DNA of 64,000 nucleotides from Candidatus Bathyarchaeota archaeon. GTDB lineage: Archaea; Thermoproteota; Bathyarchaeia; 40CM-2-53-6. The translations under genes were made by a program, and so were the position numbers. This document shows, one piece after another, positions 36,980-45,792 of the stretch; positions within the stretch are counted from its first letter, which is position 1; each line of letters opens with the position of its first letter. The notes beneath the pieces are model-generated. The model had not been told where the DNA came from. It searched no databases and saw only the letters and a list, made by a program, of their open reading frames with translations. The stretch lies in NCBI GenBank assembly GCA_963780265.1, contig CAWABQ010000028.1:135491-199490 (forward strand), read 5' to 3'.

Positions 36980-39290
36980 ATGGTGGTTGCGAGCCATCTT
37001 CTAGGCGGTAATTGCTTGTTTCGTTCATCGGAGAGAGTAGGTGCTGGCATCTTCGATGCCGCGTCTGCCCCGGTGAGACTACAGATTTTACGACTTCTCT
37101 CAACCAAAGGCCCACTCCAGTACACGGAAATAATGTTCCAAGTCAAACTCGACCCCGTGCGGGACGCAGGAAAATTTGTCTACCATCTCCGGAGCCTAAC
37201 CGACATAGGCCTAGTGACGCTTGAGAAGAAGACGAAGCGGTACGAGGTCACTGAACTCGGCCGAATGATCGTTTCCTTCGCTAGAGACTTGGACGAGTAC
37301 GTTAATGTCAAGCGCGGAAAACTCTATGTGCGATCTTCAAGGCTCGCGATAGAGGAATTTCACAGGAATAAGATCGCAAGATCGCTGGTTGTTGAAGCAG
37401 GTGTCCCCCAAGAGATGGCGGACGAGATAGCGGCTGAGGCTGAGGATAGGCTTGTCAGATTGAAGACGACTTACCTTACTGCGCCGTTGATCCGAGAGTT
37501 CGTTAATGCGATCTTGATTGAGAAGAAGCTTGAGGAATACCGCCACAAGCTCACAAGGCTGGGAATGCCAGTTTACGACGTGACCCAACTCATCAAAACT
37601 GCGGGCGAGAAACAACTTAGCGCTGGTTACGTCCAACAATCGTCGGCTAGGTCAGTCCTCTCGGAATACGTCCTGCTCAACTGCCTTCCTCACAAACTCG
37701 CGGACGACGCACCTGTCAGGTGAAATCCACATAGCCAACTTGGAAAACTGGATTCTCTCACCGAACGAAATAATTCACGACGTACGCTACTTCCTAAAGA
37801 ACAGTCTCCCGGGAATGTCACCACCCGACACTTTCGAGGCGGCCCTTGCACTGGTCCGCCAAGTATTGGAGCTTGGCGCCGGGGAGATCTCGGGAGAGCA
37901 GACGGTTGAGTTCTTCAACATCTTCCTCTCCCCGTACGTTCGAGGAAGAACTGCGGAGGACATTTCCAACGGGCTTTACTACTTCTTCACGTCAATGCGG
38001 AGAGATATCCCCTCAAGCAGTCCTCTAGCGGGCATATCAATCTCGGTTGACTTGGCGACGCCAGAGTTCCTTTCGCAGGAGGATGCGATTGGGCCGAGCG
38101 GCAAATCCGTCGGCAAATACTCAGGTTTCATAGAGGAGAGCAACCGGTTGGCAGGCGCGACAATCGAAGCCTTTCAAAAGATGTCGCACTCACGACCGCC
38201 GATTCTGCCCCATCTCCTAGTGAGAGTTAGGCGTAAGGCTCTGAATGACGAACAGGCCAGAGGAATTCTTGAAAAAACACACGAACTTGCCTTACAACGC
38301 AGCATACCATTCTTCGAACTAAGTGGCGACGAAGAGAAGAGCAGTTACTCGGCTACGGGGCTTAGGTTGGGCGATGAGTGGACGAAGCACTGGGACGCTG
38401 ACTGTATCAGGACAGGCAGCATGGACACCATTTTCCTAAACCTTCCCCGAATATCCTACGAGGCCAAGAAGAATGACGAAAAATTCCTAGCACTACTTAG
38501 GGAAACTGTCGCGTTAACCGTGGAAGGTTTCAAATTCAAGAAAAAGTTCGTGAGCGAACGTTTGAAGCAGCCACTGCTCCCTCTCTTGGCCGGTGAGAGT
38601 GGCGCCGCGCCTTACTTCTACGAAAAGAACTCTTCCTACAATCTCTCATTTATTGGCCTGAACGAAGCCGTTGACGCGCATACCGGACTGAGGATGGAAC
38701 GGGACAAAGGAGCGGCCGATTTCGGCCTAAAAATACTGCAAGAAGCTTCGAAGCTGCTGAAGTCCGCCTCAGAGGAAGCAGAGATGCGAATCTTGGTTTC
38801 ACAACGGCCCGGGGACGAAGCTGCGGGGAGGCTTGCAGAATTGGATATGGGGCAATATGGAAGGGCAGCTATCGTGGCAGACGGATTTAGGGGGCTCTTC
38901 CACTACACCGACTTGCCGACCATTCCTCTGACAACCAAAATGGCTATCGACAGCAGGTTGGAATTGGAATCAAGGTTCCAATCAGCCACGCCCGGCGGCC
39001 ATCTCAGTTTGGTCTGCATCTCCCCTGATTCCACTGCGCCCGCCCTTCTGAAGCTAACGGAGAGAGCATTTGAATCTGGTTGCAAGTTCTTGGCTTACAC
39101 ATCAAACTACTCGGCCTGCAGCGTCTGCAACCACACCGACCTTGGGGTTACTCCGAAGTGCAGTAGTTGCGGTTCAGACAAGATCACACACCTAGGCCGG
39201 GCATCATACGGCCTGCTACCCTTCACCCTTTGGCCTGAGGCAAAGAAGAGAAGTGTGGAAAGGCGGATATCTTACACGGTAGCTAGCTGA
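36980..39290 (+). CDS. wHTH (ArsR-like) + ATP-cone + class III ribonucleotide reductase (NrdD)-like protein; frame break near 37710
   Basis: wHTH is VRLQILRLLSTKGPLQYTEI...RYEVTELG. ATP-cone is LYVRSSRLAIEEFHRNKIARSLV...IREFVNAIL. The frame switch is at LADD/HLSGEIHIANL, the NrdD AH-x-x-G-x-IHI motif. The NrdD-like core includes NLPRISY, with a C-terminal Zn site CSVCNH..CSSCGS. Confidence 0.7.
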
Positions 39291-39780
39291 TGTATCGTCG
39301 GCTACTTCTCTCCAGGTCTGGAATCACTTCAACATCAGGTGTCTCCGTTGGCACTTCATGGAGTGAAATTTCGGGGAACATGGCGCTCGGACCTTTCGAG
39401 GCTATTTGAGTAGCCGGGTGGTCTGGACCAAATGATTGCAGCGATACATCGTACACCAGCCTCCGCACGTCCCGTTCTTCCACGTAGCCAAGTGCATGCA
39501 AATACTCGTGTAGCAGAATCGAATACACGTATGAGTTTATTTCGCGGAGAGACCGTGCACCATGTGTCACCATGTCAAGAGTCGTTCGGTTCATGACGAT
39601 GCCGTTCGTCCCCATTGTGTGGTACGCACCAATTTGCGTGGGCAGCTTAGCGAGATAGAGCATTAGGCCTGCTCTACGACGGCCTAAGGCATGTTCTGCA
39701 GATTTCTTGACAAGCTCGAATACGTCGCTAAAGTCACGGGATGCATCTAGACGCTCAGCCATTGTACTCATGTTTCTCAA
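39283..39780 (-). CDS. hypothetical HExxH metallopeptidase-like protein
   Basis: LLHEYLHALGY is the only recognisable motif. Confidence 0.5.
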   Translation of the reverse strand: MRNMSTMAERLDASRDFSDVFELVKKSAEHALGRRRAGLMLYLAKLPTQIGAYHTMGTNGIVMNRTTLDMVTHGARSLREINSYVYSILLHEYLHALGYVEERDVRRLVYDVSLQSFGPDHPATQIASKGPSAMFPEISLHEVPTETPDVEVIPDLERSSRRYIS

Positions 39781-39787
39781 CTCGAGT

Positions 39788-40390
39788 TTATTCTTCTTTG
39801 TCTGCTTTTTCGAGCAGATCCCTTACTTTCTCAACGAAAGCCAAGTACTCGCCGAGGATCGTCTTGCCAATTGGAGTAAGGTCGTACAGGTCATCTGATA
39901 GCTCGGCAATGAGTTTGTGTGCTCTCAGCAAGGGGACATTTTCGTAGATGAGCTTGGGGTTTATTCCTTCCCTGAAATTCTTCTTTCCCTGCGGACGCTC
40001 CAACAGCGGGAGTAGCATCTTCACACGCGTTTCGTTACAGAGCAGGTCCATGAGTTCCAGTGCTTCCCGAAAAGCCCTCTCCAGCCCTCGGTCCCGCCAA
40101 TTCAGATGCTCAATTACGAACTTGCCTGAGTCAACGGCGTCGGGGAACTGGGAATCTATTGAGTTAGAGTTCACTTTCGACGGGTAAACGACAACGGCTT
40201 TCGAGTTCTCCGCCTCATCTACCACTCCCAGATCCCTTAGTAGCGACTCGTTCGGTGGCTCTGTTTCACAGAATACTGCCGTCAAGCTGCCGCCTTCAAC
40301 TCCGGCCAGGTCCGCGGTGAACCGGTGCGAATGTTTCTCTGAGTCGTATACAACTGGTTCGATAAAAGTGTCCACGTCCCCATTCCGCAA
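39788..40390 (-). CDS. hypothetical protein with a C-terminal winged-helix domain
   Basis: The C-terminal part (ETRVKMLLPLLERPQGKKNFREGI...LYDLTPIGKTILGEYL) looks ArsR/PadR-like. Confidence 0.45.
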   Translation of the reverse strand: MRNGDVDTFIEPVVYDSEKHSHRFTADLAGVEGGSLTAVFCETEPPNESLLRDLGVVDEAENSKAVVVYPSKVNSNSIDSQFPDAVDSGKFVIEHLNWRDRGLERAFREALELMDLLCNETRVKMLLPLLERPQGKKNFREGINPKLIYENVPLLRAHKLIAELSDDLYDLTPIGKTILGEYLAFVEKVRDLLEKADKEE

Positions 40391-40602
40391 AGAACTCTAG
40401 CGGCATGGAATTTCTCTAGGAGGTGAAGTTCGCTCTCGTCCTCTTGGGTGCGAAAATCTTCACGAAACGCCGTATAGTTCACTACGTGCATTGGTAGGAC
40501 TCGGCGTTTTCGCGAGGATGGGAGGACTTCTAAGCGCATCTTTGTTCCGGTAATATGTTGGGGAAAATCATCATATAAGCGTTACCTTAGGTAACACTAT
40601 GC

Positions 40603-41532
40603 CTACTTCAACACGCCGAGAACCAGCCCAATCAAGCTCATACGAACGAGGAGCCCATACCAGACCTGCTTGAAGTATTTCGAGTGCGGAGTATTATCGA
40701 CGCTGTACTCGATTTCGTCGACCCTTGGCAAGGGATGCATTATAATCGCCTTCGGCTTAGCTTGAGAGAGATCGGCCGCGGTGAGTCTGTAGGAGCCACG
40801 CACCTTCTCGTAATCTTCCAAGGAACCGAACCTTTCCTTCTGAATTCGGGTCATGTAGACTACGTCAACATGCGGCAATACCTTAGAAAGTTCCTCGACC
40901 TCCTGCACCTTCACCCGCCCGCTCACCTCCTCAAGGACTTCTTTGCGCATCCTCAACAGAGGCGGTGAGACTAGGTAGAGGTTGATGTTGTACAGGGAGA
41001 GGGCATAAGCGAGGGAATGTACGGTACGGCCATATCTCAAGTCACCGGCTAGTGCAATATTCAGCCCGTCAATCTTCCCAAGTTCCCTACGCATCGTGTA
41101 CAGGTCAAGCATAGCTTGAGTCGGATGCTCTTCGGCACCGGTCCCGGCGTTGATGACTGGGACAGAAGCGAATTCGGCCGCGAGACGTGCCGCCCCTTCC
41201 AACGGATGACGTATTACTAGAACATCCGCGTAACTCTCCACAACGCGGACGGTGTCGGCGAGGTTCTCTCCTTTTTCAACTGAGGCAGCTTTCGGTTCGG
41301 CGAAACCAATGCAGTTACCGCCGTACCGGTACATGGCTGATTCGAAGCTCAGCCGTGTTCGAGTGGAGGGCTCAAAGAACAAGGTAGCCATAATCTTGCC
41401 GTCGAGCGCATGCGAGCTCTTCCTCGCCATCGGCTCTAAGGAATCAGTTATTTGGAGAACGTAGTCAATCTCTTCACGAGAGAAATCCTTGATTGATACA
41501 ATGTCTCTTCCCGCGAACTCCATTATCAACAC
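40603..41532 (-). CDS. pyrB: aspartate carbamoyltransferase catalytic subunit
   Basis: STRTRLSFE, HPTQA, HPLPRVDEI. Confidence 0.95.
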   Translation of the reverse strand: MLIMEFAGRDIVSIKDFSREEIDYVLQITDSLEPMARKSSHALDGKIMATLFFEPSTRTRLSFESAMYRYGGNCIGFAEPKAASVEKGENLADTVRVVESYADVLVIRHPLEGAARLAAEFASVPVINAGTGAEEHPTQAMLDLYTMRRELGKIDGLNIALAGDLRYGRTVHSLAYALSLYNINLYLVSPPLLRMRKEVLEEVSGRVKVQEVEELSKVLPHVDVVYMTRIQKERFGSLEDYEKVRGSYRLTAADLSQAKPKAIIMHPLPRVDEIEYSVDNTPHSKYFKQVWYGLLVRMSLIGLVLGVLK

Positions 41533-41695
41533 GCCAGAGACTCAATGTTCTCACGATTAATAAGCACCTATGCGTTGGTTTTTTGGTTCGAATTCCATTG
41601 CGTTGCATCGTCGTAGGGTGTCGTAAGCAATTACTTTCTGTTCCCACTTCTCAGGGTTAAATAACGGTTGTCAAGGATTGGGCAGTTGAATAGGT

Positions 41696-42163
41696 TTGCA
41701 GGCGCGCCAAGAACTCTACGTTAGGAAGATCAAAGACGGAACCGTCATTGATCACATAACACCTGGCTTCGCCCTAGACGTGCTGAAAATCCTTGGAATA
41801 AATGGAAAGGAAGGGGAGGTTGTAAGTGTTGCCTTGAACGTCGAGAGTAAACAGCTTCACCATAAGGATATTGTCAAGATTCAGAACAGGGAGCTGAAGC
41901 CAGGCGAAGTCGATAAGATCGCGCTAATCGCCCCCAACGCCACCATCAACATAATTCGCAACTACGATGTAGCGTCGAAGAAAGTCGTAGAACTTCCGCC
42001 CAGCATTCGAGGAATCATAAAATGCGATAACCCGTCCTGCATATCCAATTCTAGGGAACCTGTTGAACCTCGGTTTGGTGTGGACCGTAGGGAGCCAATC
42101 CGCGTACGCTGCTACTTCTGCGGGCATGTAATGGAACGGGAAGATGTTCTAGAACAATTTTGA
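41696..42163 (+). CDS. pyrI: aspartate carbamoyltransferase regulatory subunit
   Basis: KIKDGTVIDHI plus the C-terminal Zn domain CDNPSCISN..CYFCGH. Confidence 0.9.
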   Translation: MQARQELYVRKIKDGTVIDHITPGFALDVLKILGINGKEGEVVSVALNVESKQLHHKDIVKIQNRELKPGEVDKIALIAPNATINIIRNYDVASKKVVELPPSIRGIIKCDNPSCISNSREPVEPRFGVDRREPIRVRCYFCGHVMEREDVLEQF

Positions 42164-42188
42164 GCCTAATTGGACAGTGTCATGAACT

Positions 42189-42500
42189 TTGGGACAGATA
42201 GCACTACTCTCGGACCGACCAACGTCCGCTTATTTCAAAGTTACCGGAATAAAGAACAGCTATGCCGTCAAGGATAGGGATGATGCTGAGAAGGTATTCA
42301 GGAAGGTTTACGCCGACGAAACAATCTCACTTATCATGGTCACAGAACCCGTGATGCAATGGATCCAACCGATCCTCGAAAGAACGAAGAAGGAATTCCC
42401 GTTAGTTGTCTCGATACCGGCTAAGGGTGGTTCGAAGGCTCAGGCGGATGTGCTTGCGCAATTAATCAAGCGAACCGTCGGAATCGAATTGAAGATGTAG
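42189..42500 (+). CDS. atpF: V/A-type ATP synthase subunit F
   Basis: ~100-aa protein (IALLSDRPTSAYFKVTGI...ISLIMVTEPV...PLVVSIP) matching the AtpF layout. Confidence 0.75.
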   Translation: MGQIALLSDRPTSAYFKVTGIKNSYAVKDRDDAEKVFRKVYADETISLIMVTEPVMQWIQPILERTKKEFPLVVSIPAKGGSKAQADVLAQLIKRTVGIELKM

Positions 42501-42514
42501 GAACCTAAGTGGTA

Positions 42515-42629
42515 TGGTAGCCCGGGGGAGAGACTCGGGCATTTTGGTAATGCCTTTCGAACTCCCGTCGGAGGGTCCAAAGCCCTCTATGCTTCTGCGG
42601 GTTTGAACTGTCCACTACACCACCGGGCT
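42515..42629 (-). tRNA. tRNA-Gln (UUG) with two predicted non-canonical introns, CCA encoded
   Basis: A1:U72 acceptor AGCCCGG/CCGGGCU and anticodon arm GAGGG-CUUUGGA-CCCUC. Proposed introns are 42593..42608 (D-loop/stem junction, 16 nt) and 42532..42555 (T-loop 59/60, 24 nt). The spliced length is 75 nt. Confidence 0.8.
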
Positions 42630-42733
42630 ACTGGTTCGTGAAAAATCTAGGAGAGCTATCTAACCTTTTGTCCGGCTGGGGATGAGCACATAACCCAGAT
42701 GACATCTCATGTTGGCGGATAAGTAGGTCGCCC

Positions 42734-43584
42734 TTGAACGCTCTCAAACCAATCGGGTCTGAACCCGCACTTTTGTTGCGGCGACGCGGCGAGAGGGTTG
42801 TCGTTGTCGGCGATCTTCACATAGGCTGGGAAGTCACTTTATCCCAGCAAGGCATCCACATTCCATCGCAAACCGGGAAAATGCTGCAGAGGCTGAGGGT
42901 GATCATTGAGAAGGAACATCCCTCACGCATTATCATACTAGGCGACGTGAAGCATAGCGTAACTCGCGCGGAGCTGGAAGAATGGCGGGACGTCCCAGAT
43001 TTCTTTGAGGCGTTGCTGAAACTGGTTCCTTCTGTTCAGGTCATTTTGGGGAACCATGACGGCAACCTGGAACCACTAACGCCTTCGAAGGTCGAGATTC
43101 TTCCGTCCACTGGCCTAGCGCTGTGGGGCCGGTTTGGGTTGCTGCACGGCCATGCCTGGCCATCCCCGGAAATACTTGGATGCGAAACCTTGATCCTCGG
43201 CCACCTTCATCCTGCGGTTACCTTACGCGATGCTTTGGGTTACAGGTTGACGAAACCCGCGTGGGTAACGGCCTCTTGCGATCCGAAGAAACTGGTTCGC
43301 GGAACTTTGAAGGCCGCAGGAATTCAACCTGGAAGCGATCTTGAAAAAACCCTGAAGGAAAGATTTCGAGTGAAACTTGCAGCGAAGCGATGTGTTTTCG
43401 TTCCGCCGTTCAACGACTTCCTGGGCGGGCGGCCAGTGAATTCTCGGAAAATTGAGGAAACACAGCGGGCGAACGGCTTGGGCCGATTCTGAGGTCGGGA
43501 GCAGTGGACATGGAAGATGCAGAGGTACACCTACTCGATGGTACGTACTTGGGACGAGTAAGGCAACTGAAGGAGTTCGGATAG
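42734..43584 (+). CDS. metallophosphoesterase (calcineurin-like), 1-nt frameshift near 43483
   Basis: VVVGDLHIG, ILGDVKH, GNHD, GHLH. The tail continues in another frame (GLGPILRSGAVDMEDAEVHLLDGTYLG) if a C is added to CC at 43483..43484. Confidence 0.75.
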
Positions 43585-43585
43585 G

Positions 43586-44497
43586 TCAGTGGCTAGATGG
43601 GTTGTCGCAGGTTTGGCAGTACCATCGTCGGTGGTTCGCTGAGTAGTATAGGTCCCTACCGCACGTGGGGCACAAAGGTGTCTTTGGCGCTGGCGCGGGA
43701 GCTGAAGGAGCTGGCATGCCCATCTGTCCCGGCGGAAATTGACCCATCGGTCCACCAGGCATTGGCCCACCCATCGGAGACCCGCCCATCATTGGTCCGC
43801 CCATCGGAGGCATGGGTGCGCCAGGAGGACCCGCGAATGCCATGGGGGGAGGTGGCGGCGGCGGACCGGCCATTGCTGCACCTGGAACTGCTTCACCCAG
43901 GACTGCGACGGGGCCATATTTTGCTATGACTTCGCCAAGCCGGCCGTAAGTCATGTAGAAGAAGAAAGCCGGAAGAAGCAGTAGAACCGTTGGGAAGAAT
44001 GACAAGGGCGCGACCAACACCAAAAATACTGGAATAGTAAACAGCACTGCAAAGAATAGTGCAGCACCTCGCGCCCTCTCGTAGCGTCCTCTGCTAATGT
44101 TACGTACCGTCGAGAAGTAGAGGATTGCGAGGAAGATGATAGCCGCAAGGAGACCTATGACGCCAAACCCCAAGTAAGCGAACCAAACTGGTGGCAGCCC
44201 TACGCCTGGGAATGTTAAGATTAACAGAAGTGTTCCTATCAGCGGTATGCCGGCTAACCATGCGGGCAAGACGGGCGGCAGAATAACAGAGGATGGAATA
44301 TACGGGGAAGCCAACAACCCGAGCGCACCTATCGTAAGGACAATTATGAACCAAGGAAGGACGTAAAGAAACACGAGTACGAATCCTATGATGGCGTAAT
44401 CATGAGCCCCGTTAACCTCAGGAGGGCGAATAACAACCGGCTTGCTTCTGTCTTCTACAATCGCGGGAGCCGGCATTAGGACAGGTGCGGGTTCCAT
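43586..44497 (-). CDS. polytopic membrane protein with a P/G/M-rich linker and C-terminal zinc ribbon
   Basis: About 6 TM helices, then GPPPPPPPMAFAGPPGAPMPPMGGPMMGG, then CPTCGRDLYYSANHRRWYCQTC. Confidence 0.65.
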   Translation of the reverse strand: MEPAPVLMPAPAIVEDRSKPVVIRPPEVNGAHDYAIIGFVLVFLYVLPWFIIVLTIGALGLLASPYIPSSVILPPVLPAWLAGIPLIGTLLLILTFPGVGLPPVWFAYLGFGVIGLLAAIIFLAILYFSTVRNISRGRYERARGAALFFAVLFTIPVFLVLVAPLSFFPTVLLLLPAFFFYMTYGRLGEVIAKYGPVAVLGEAVPGAAMAGPPPPPPPMAFAGPPGAPMPPMGGPMMGGSPMGGPMPGGPMGQFPPGQMGMPAPSAPAPAPKTPLCPTCGRDLYYSANHRRWYCQTCDNPSSH

Positions 44498-44757
44498 CTT
44501 GAAACCTCAATGAACACTAAGCGTCGGCTAACGAATCACATAACAATTGCCACTTTCTCAGTAGGCATAAACATGCTTCAATTGGGGCCTGCGGTAGTCT
44601 GAGCCTAGGTTAAGCAAGCACCGGTTAGTCAAAACTCGTTGACACCAAGTTGTTGATTTATAGAGGGAAGGTAAAGATGAACACCTACGAAATCTTATGG
44701 TGAACGGGAAACGTTTATGACACCTCTGGCCGGCTTATAAGCGAAAGGTAAGAAACA

Positions 44758-44904
44758 ATGAGTTACGTCTACTACGCCGCACCGATAATGGTCCCGATAG
44801 AGTGTCAGCCCCAACCGCCTGTAGTGTTCTATCCGGTAAATTACGTCAGATTCAGGTTCCCAATCCCCGTCCAGTATTCACCTCCCCCTGTAGCAATACT
44901 ATAG
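44758..44904 (+). CDS. hypothetical P/Y-rich mini-protein (48 aa)
   Basis: MSYVYYAAPIMVPIECQPQPPVVFYPVNY shares its N-terminal pattern with the ORF at 25786 (MSYYYVPRPAVPY...APQPPEVFYQPP). It is below the ORF-track cut-off. Confidence 0.4.
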   Translation: MSYVYYAAPIMVPIECQPQPPVVFYPVNYVRFRFPIPVQYSPPPVAIL

Positions 44905-44964
44905 AAAAAATCACTCCCACCAACTAGGGGCTGCCATAATCCAGCCCTTACTACCGACGTTATT

Positions 44965-45080
44965 TGGTGGACCGGGCGGGATTCGGACCCGCGACCTTCC
45001 GGAAGCTTGGTGAAGAACTTGCAAACCGGACGTTCTTCGGCCCAGCAAACGCTTGGTATACCAGGCTGAACTACCGGCCC
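44965..45080 (-). tRNA. tRNA-Ala (UGC) with two predicted introns, CCA encoded
   Basis: GGGCCGG/CCGGUCC acceptor with G3:U70, and anticodon arm UCCGG-UUUGCA(A/U)-CCGGA. Proposed introns are 45036..45058 (D-loop, 23 nt) and 45004..45019 (canonical 37/38, 16 nt). The spliced length is 77 nt. Confidence 0.85.
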
Positions 45081-45209
45081 ACTTTCCCTACAACCTCTGA
45101 CTCGAAACCTTTAACCCTTCCCCGCTCTCCGCGCAGGCCACATCGATAAGAATAAGAAGTATTCCACCTCAATTTTCGAACGCGCCATCGAAAGTTGAAC
45201 TAAGCCTGC

Positions 45210-45455
45210 TCACAACCGCTCAAAGGTAAGGTTAGCTACGTTCTTCGCATTCTGCAAAGAAGCTAGACATTCTTCGCATACCCTTTTCTCAAATTCGCCG
45301 GCAACAAGCGACTCCTCATCAAACAACGGCATGGAAGAGGATTGAAGGTACTGCGCAGTGAACTTCGCCTTCCTTGTCGCAGGTTTCCTCTCGCAAACCT
45401 GACACATACCAGGCCCACTTCGCCTAAGCATCCGATCGATAATTGCACCCACCAT
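45210..45455 (-). CDS. hypothetical small CxxC protein
   Basis: 81-aa ORF with CQVCE and CEEC. Confidence 0.4.
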   Translation of the reverse strand: MVGAIIDRMLRRSGPGMCQVCERKPATRKAKFTAQYLQSSSMPLFDEESLVAGEFEKRVCEECLASLQNAKNVANLTFERL

Positions 45456-45513
45456 CCTTCAATCTAATTGGCGTAGGAATTTACATCTGCCACTTGAAAA
45501 ACGAATTGTTGAG

Positions 45514-45651
45514 GGCCGCCGGTGGGAGTTTCACGTCGTTTCTGGCGACGCTTTGAACCCACCCCGTAGGGTCCACAGCCTTGTACCCTAAGTTGGGTCT
45601 ATACGCTACCAAGTTTCGCGGAGTTTCGGACTCCTCTACGCTACGGCGGCC
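45514..45651 (-). tRNA. tRNA-His (GUG) with three predicted introns; encoded G-1, no CCA
   Basis: G-1 plus GCCGCCG/CGGCGGC acceptor, C73 discriminator, and anticodon arm UAG|GG-CUGUGGA-CCCUA. Proposed introns are 45613..45635 (D-loop, 23 nt), 45581..45598 (anticodon stem 29/30, 18 nt) and 45528..45551 (T-loop 59/60, 24 nt). Confidence 0.8.
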
Positions 45652-45792
45652 ATCGCGGGACGGTGCAGGTCTGTTCTCATATCAACCTTTCCAAGCCGCG
45701 CTCTGCTATTGTTCGCTGTTCGAAAGGGGCCGCTTCGAATCGAACACCTTTTCTTTCCAAGCCTGTTTGATTGCTCGTTGTGGAGATTCTTC

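Noticed and set aside
44964-45149. 61-aa ORF MVDRAGFGPATFRK...
   Set aside because: It lies antisense over the tRNA-Ala gene and is spurious.
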